This document shows, piece after piece, positions 61,801 to 64,000 of a DNA stretch of 64,000 bases. The stretch is taken from assembly GCF_963921235.1 (NCBI RefSeq), contig NC_086097.1, positions 92,382,001-92,446,000 on the forward strand, read 5' to 3'. The notes under the pieces are model-generated. The model did no database searches. It saw only the letters and a program-made list of their open reading frames with translations, and was not told where the DNA came from. Numbering within the stretch: position 1 is the first letter of the stretch; each line of letters opens with the position of its first letter. The translations under genes and the position numbers were made by a program. The stretch comes from Mobula hypostoma. Its lineage: Eukaryota.

Positions 61801-64000
61801 TCCAGTCCGAGTCAACTCCCCTTGTCCGAGTCAACTCCAGCAGTCCGAGTCAAATCCTCCAGCCCCAGAGGCAACTCCTCCATTCCGAGTCAACTCCTCC
61901 ATTCCGAGTCGACTACTCCAGTCCAAGAGTCAACTCCTCCAGACCGAGTGAACTCCTCCAGTCTGAGTCAACTCCTCCAGTCCCAGAATCAACTCCTCCA
62001 GACCGAGTCAACTCCTCCAGTCCCAGAGTCAACTCCTCCAGTCCGAGACAACTCCTCCAGTCCAAGAGTCAACTCCTCCAGTCCCAGAGTCAACTCCTCC
62101 AGTCCCAGAGTCAACTCCTCCAGTCCGAGTCAACTCCTCCAGTCTGAGTCAAGTCCTTCAGTCCCAGAATCAACTCCTCCAGTCCGATTCAATTCCTCCA
62201 GTCCCAGAGTCAACTCCTCCAGTCAGAGTCAAATCCTCCAGTCCCAGAGTCAACTTCTCCACTCCGAGTCAACTCCTCCAGTCCCAGAATCAACTCCTCC
62301 AGTCCGAGACAACTCCTCCATCCCCAGAGGAAACTCCTCCGGTCCCAGAGTCAACTCCTCCAGTCCGAGTCAACTCCCCTTGTCCGAGTCAACTCCAGCA
62401 GTCCGAGTCAAATCCTCCAGCCCCAGAGGCAACTCCGCCGGTCCCAGAGTCAACTCCTCCAGTCCGAGTCAACTCCTCCATTTAGAGTCGACTACTCCAG
62501 TCCAAGGTTCAACACCTCCAGACCGAGTGAACTCCTCCAGTCTGAGGCAACTCCTCCAGCCCCAGAGGCAACTCCTCCGGTCCCAGAGTCAACTCCTCCA
62601 GTCCGAGTCAACTCCTCCAGTCCAAGAGTCAACTCCTCCAGTCCGAGTCAACTCCTCCAGTCGCAGAGTCAACTCCTCCAGTCCGAGTCAACTCCTCCAC
62701 ACCCAGAGTCAACTCCTCCAGTCCCAGAGTCAACTCCTCCAGTCCCAGAGTCAACTCCTCCAGTCCGAGTCAACTCCTCCAGTCCAAGAGTCAACTCCTC
62801 CAGTCCCAGAGTCAACTCCCACTGTCCGAGTCAACTCCTTCAGTCAGAGTCAAATCCTCCAGTCCCAGAGTCAACTCCTCCAGTCCGAGTCAACTCCTCC
62901 AGTCCCAGAGTCAACTCCTCCAGTCCGAGTCAACTCCTCCAGTCCGAGTCAACTCCTCCAGTCCAAGAGTCAACTCCACCAGTCCGAGTCAACTCCACCA
63001 GTCCAAGTCAACTCCTCCATTCCGAGTCAACTCCTCCAGTCCAAGAATCAACTCCTCCAGACCGAGTCAACTCCTCCAGTCGCAGAGTCAACTCCTCCAG
63101 TCCGAGTCAACTCCTCCAGCCCCAGAGTCAACTCCTCCAGTCCCAGAGTCAACTCCTCCAGTCCCAGAGTCAACTCCTCCAGTCCGAGTCAACTCCTCCA
63201 GTCCAAGAGTCAACTCCTCCAGTCCCAGAGTCAACTCCCACTGTCCGAGTCAACTCCTTCAGTCAGAGTCAAATCCTCCAGTCCCAGAGTCAACTCCTCC
63301 AGTCCGAGTCAACTCCTCCAGTCCGAGTCAACTCCTCCAGTCCCAGAGTCAACTCCTCCAGTCCCAGAGTCAACTCCTCCAGTCCGAGTCAACTCCTCCA
63401 GTCCCAGAGTCAACTCCTCCAGTCCGAGTCAACTCCTCCAGTCCCAGAGTCAACTCCTCCAGTCCCAGAGTCAACTCCTCCAGTACGAGTCAAATCCTCC
63501 AGTCTGAGTCAAATCCTCCTGTCCCAGAGGCAACTCCTCCAGTCCCAGAGTCAACTCCTCCAGTCCCAGAGTCAACTCCTTCATTCCGAGTCAACTCACG
63601 TTGCCCGAGTCAACTCACGCTGCCCGAGTCAACTCCTTCTGTCCGATAAAATCCTCCAGTCCCAGAATCTACTCCCACTGTCCGAGTCAACTCCTGCAGT
63701 CCGAGACAAATCCTCCAGTCCCAGAGTCAACTTCTCCAGTCCGAGTCAACTCCTCCAGTCCCAGAGTCAACTCCTCAAGTCCGAGTCAACTCCTCCAGTC
63801 CCAGAAACAACTCCTCCAGTCCCAGAATCAACTCCTCCAGTCCGAGTCAACTCCTCCATCCCCAGAGGAAACTCCTCCGGTCCCAGAGTCAACTCCTCCA
63901 GTCCGAGTCAACTCCCCTTGTCCGAGTCAACTCCAGCAGTCCGAGTCAAATCCTCCAGCCCCAGAGGCAACTCCGCCGGTCCCAGAGTCAACTCCTCCAG
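40852..64000. repeat. Satellite array over 23 kb of mixed 19/20/21-nt units GAGTCAACTCCTCCAGTCC, ...CCA, ...CCCA; runs off the window end
   Basis: Directly visible head-to-tail repeats in a single orientation, roughly 1,100-1,200 units estimated from length; no interrupting transposon seen. Confidence 0.98.

Noticed and set aside
40818..63507. Long S/T/P/Q-rich ORFs (up to 922 aa) resembling mucins or cell-surface glycoproteins
   Set aside because: They overlap in all three frames and follow from a stop-free repeat unit. The 19-nt units constantly shift frame, and there is no signal peptide or unique domain.
40852..64000. CRISPR-like array
   Set aside because: Units are directly adjacent with no unique spacers, there are no cas genes, and the context is eukaryotic.
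40852..64000. Telomeric repeat or strong G-quadruplex array
   Set aside because: No TTAGGG tract is present. The G-rich strand has mostly GG runs with a long loop, so only weak two-tier structures are plausible.

Overview
Eukaryotic, almost entirely repeat-derived DNA. No host protein-coding gene could be identified with confidence. The repeat mix (many CR1, Rex1/Babar-like, L1, RTE, Penelope-like elements and an HE1/V-SINE-like SINE) suggests a cartilaginous fish, by inference only. Bases 1-40,850 are a dense, nested transposon field. It includes a five-level stack resolved by target-site duplications (Rex1 > CR1 > full-length L1 > Rex1 > Penelope), a Tigger/pogo deletion derivative, a solo LTR and a young CR1. 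Penelope termini carry minimal hammerhead-ribozyme motifs, including a ~220-bp fold-back mini-element that lies inside a putative intron. Bases ~40,852-64,000 are a >23-kb satellite of interleaved 19-, 20- and 21-nt units (GAGTCAACTCCTCCAGTCC[CA]). It is stop-free on the + strand, has recurring variant cassettes, and starts directly beside a Penelope terminal remnant. The long S/P/Q/T-rich ORFs there are by-products of the satellite. All family assignments come from motif recognition by eye, not from database searches.
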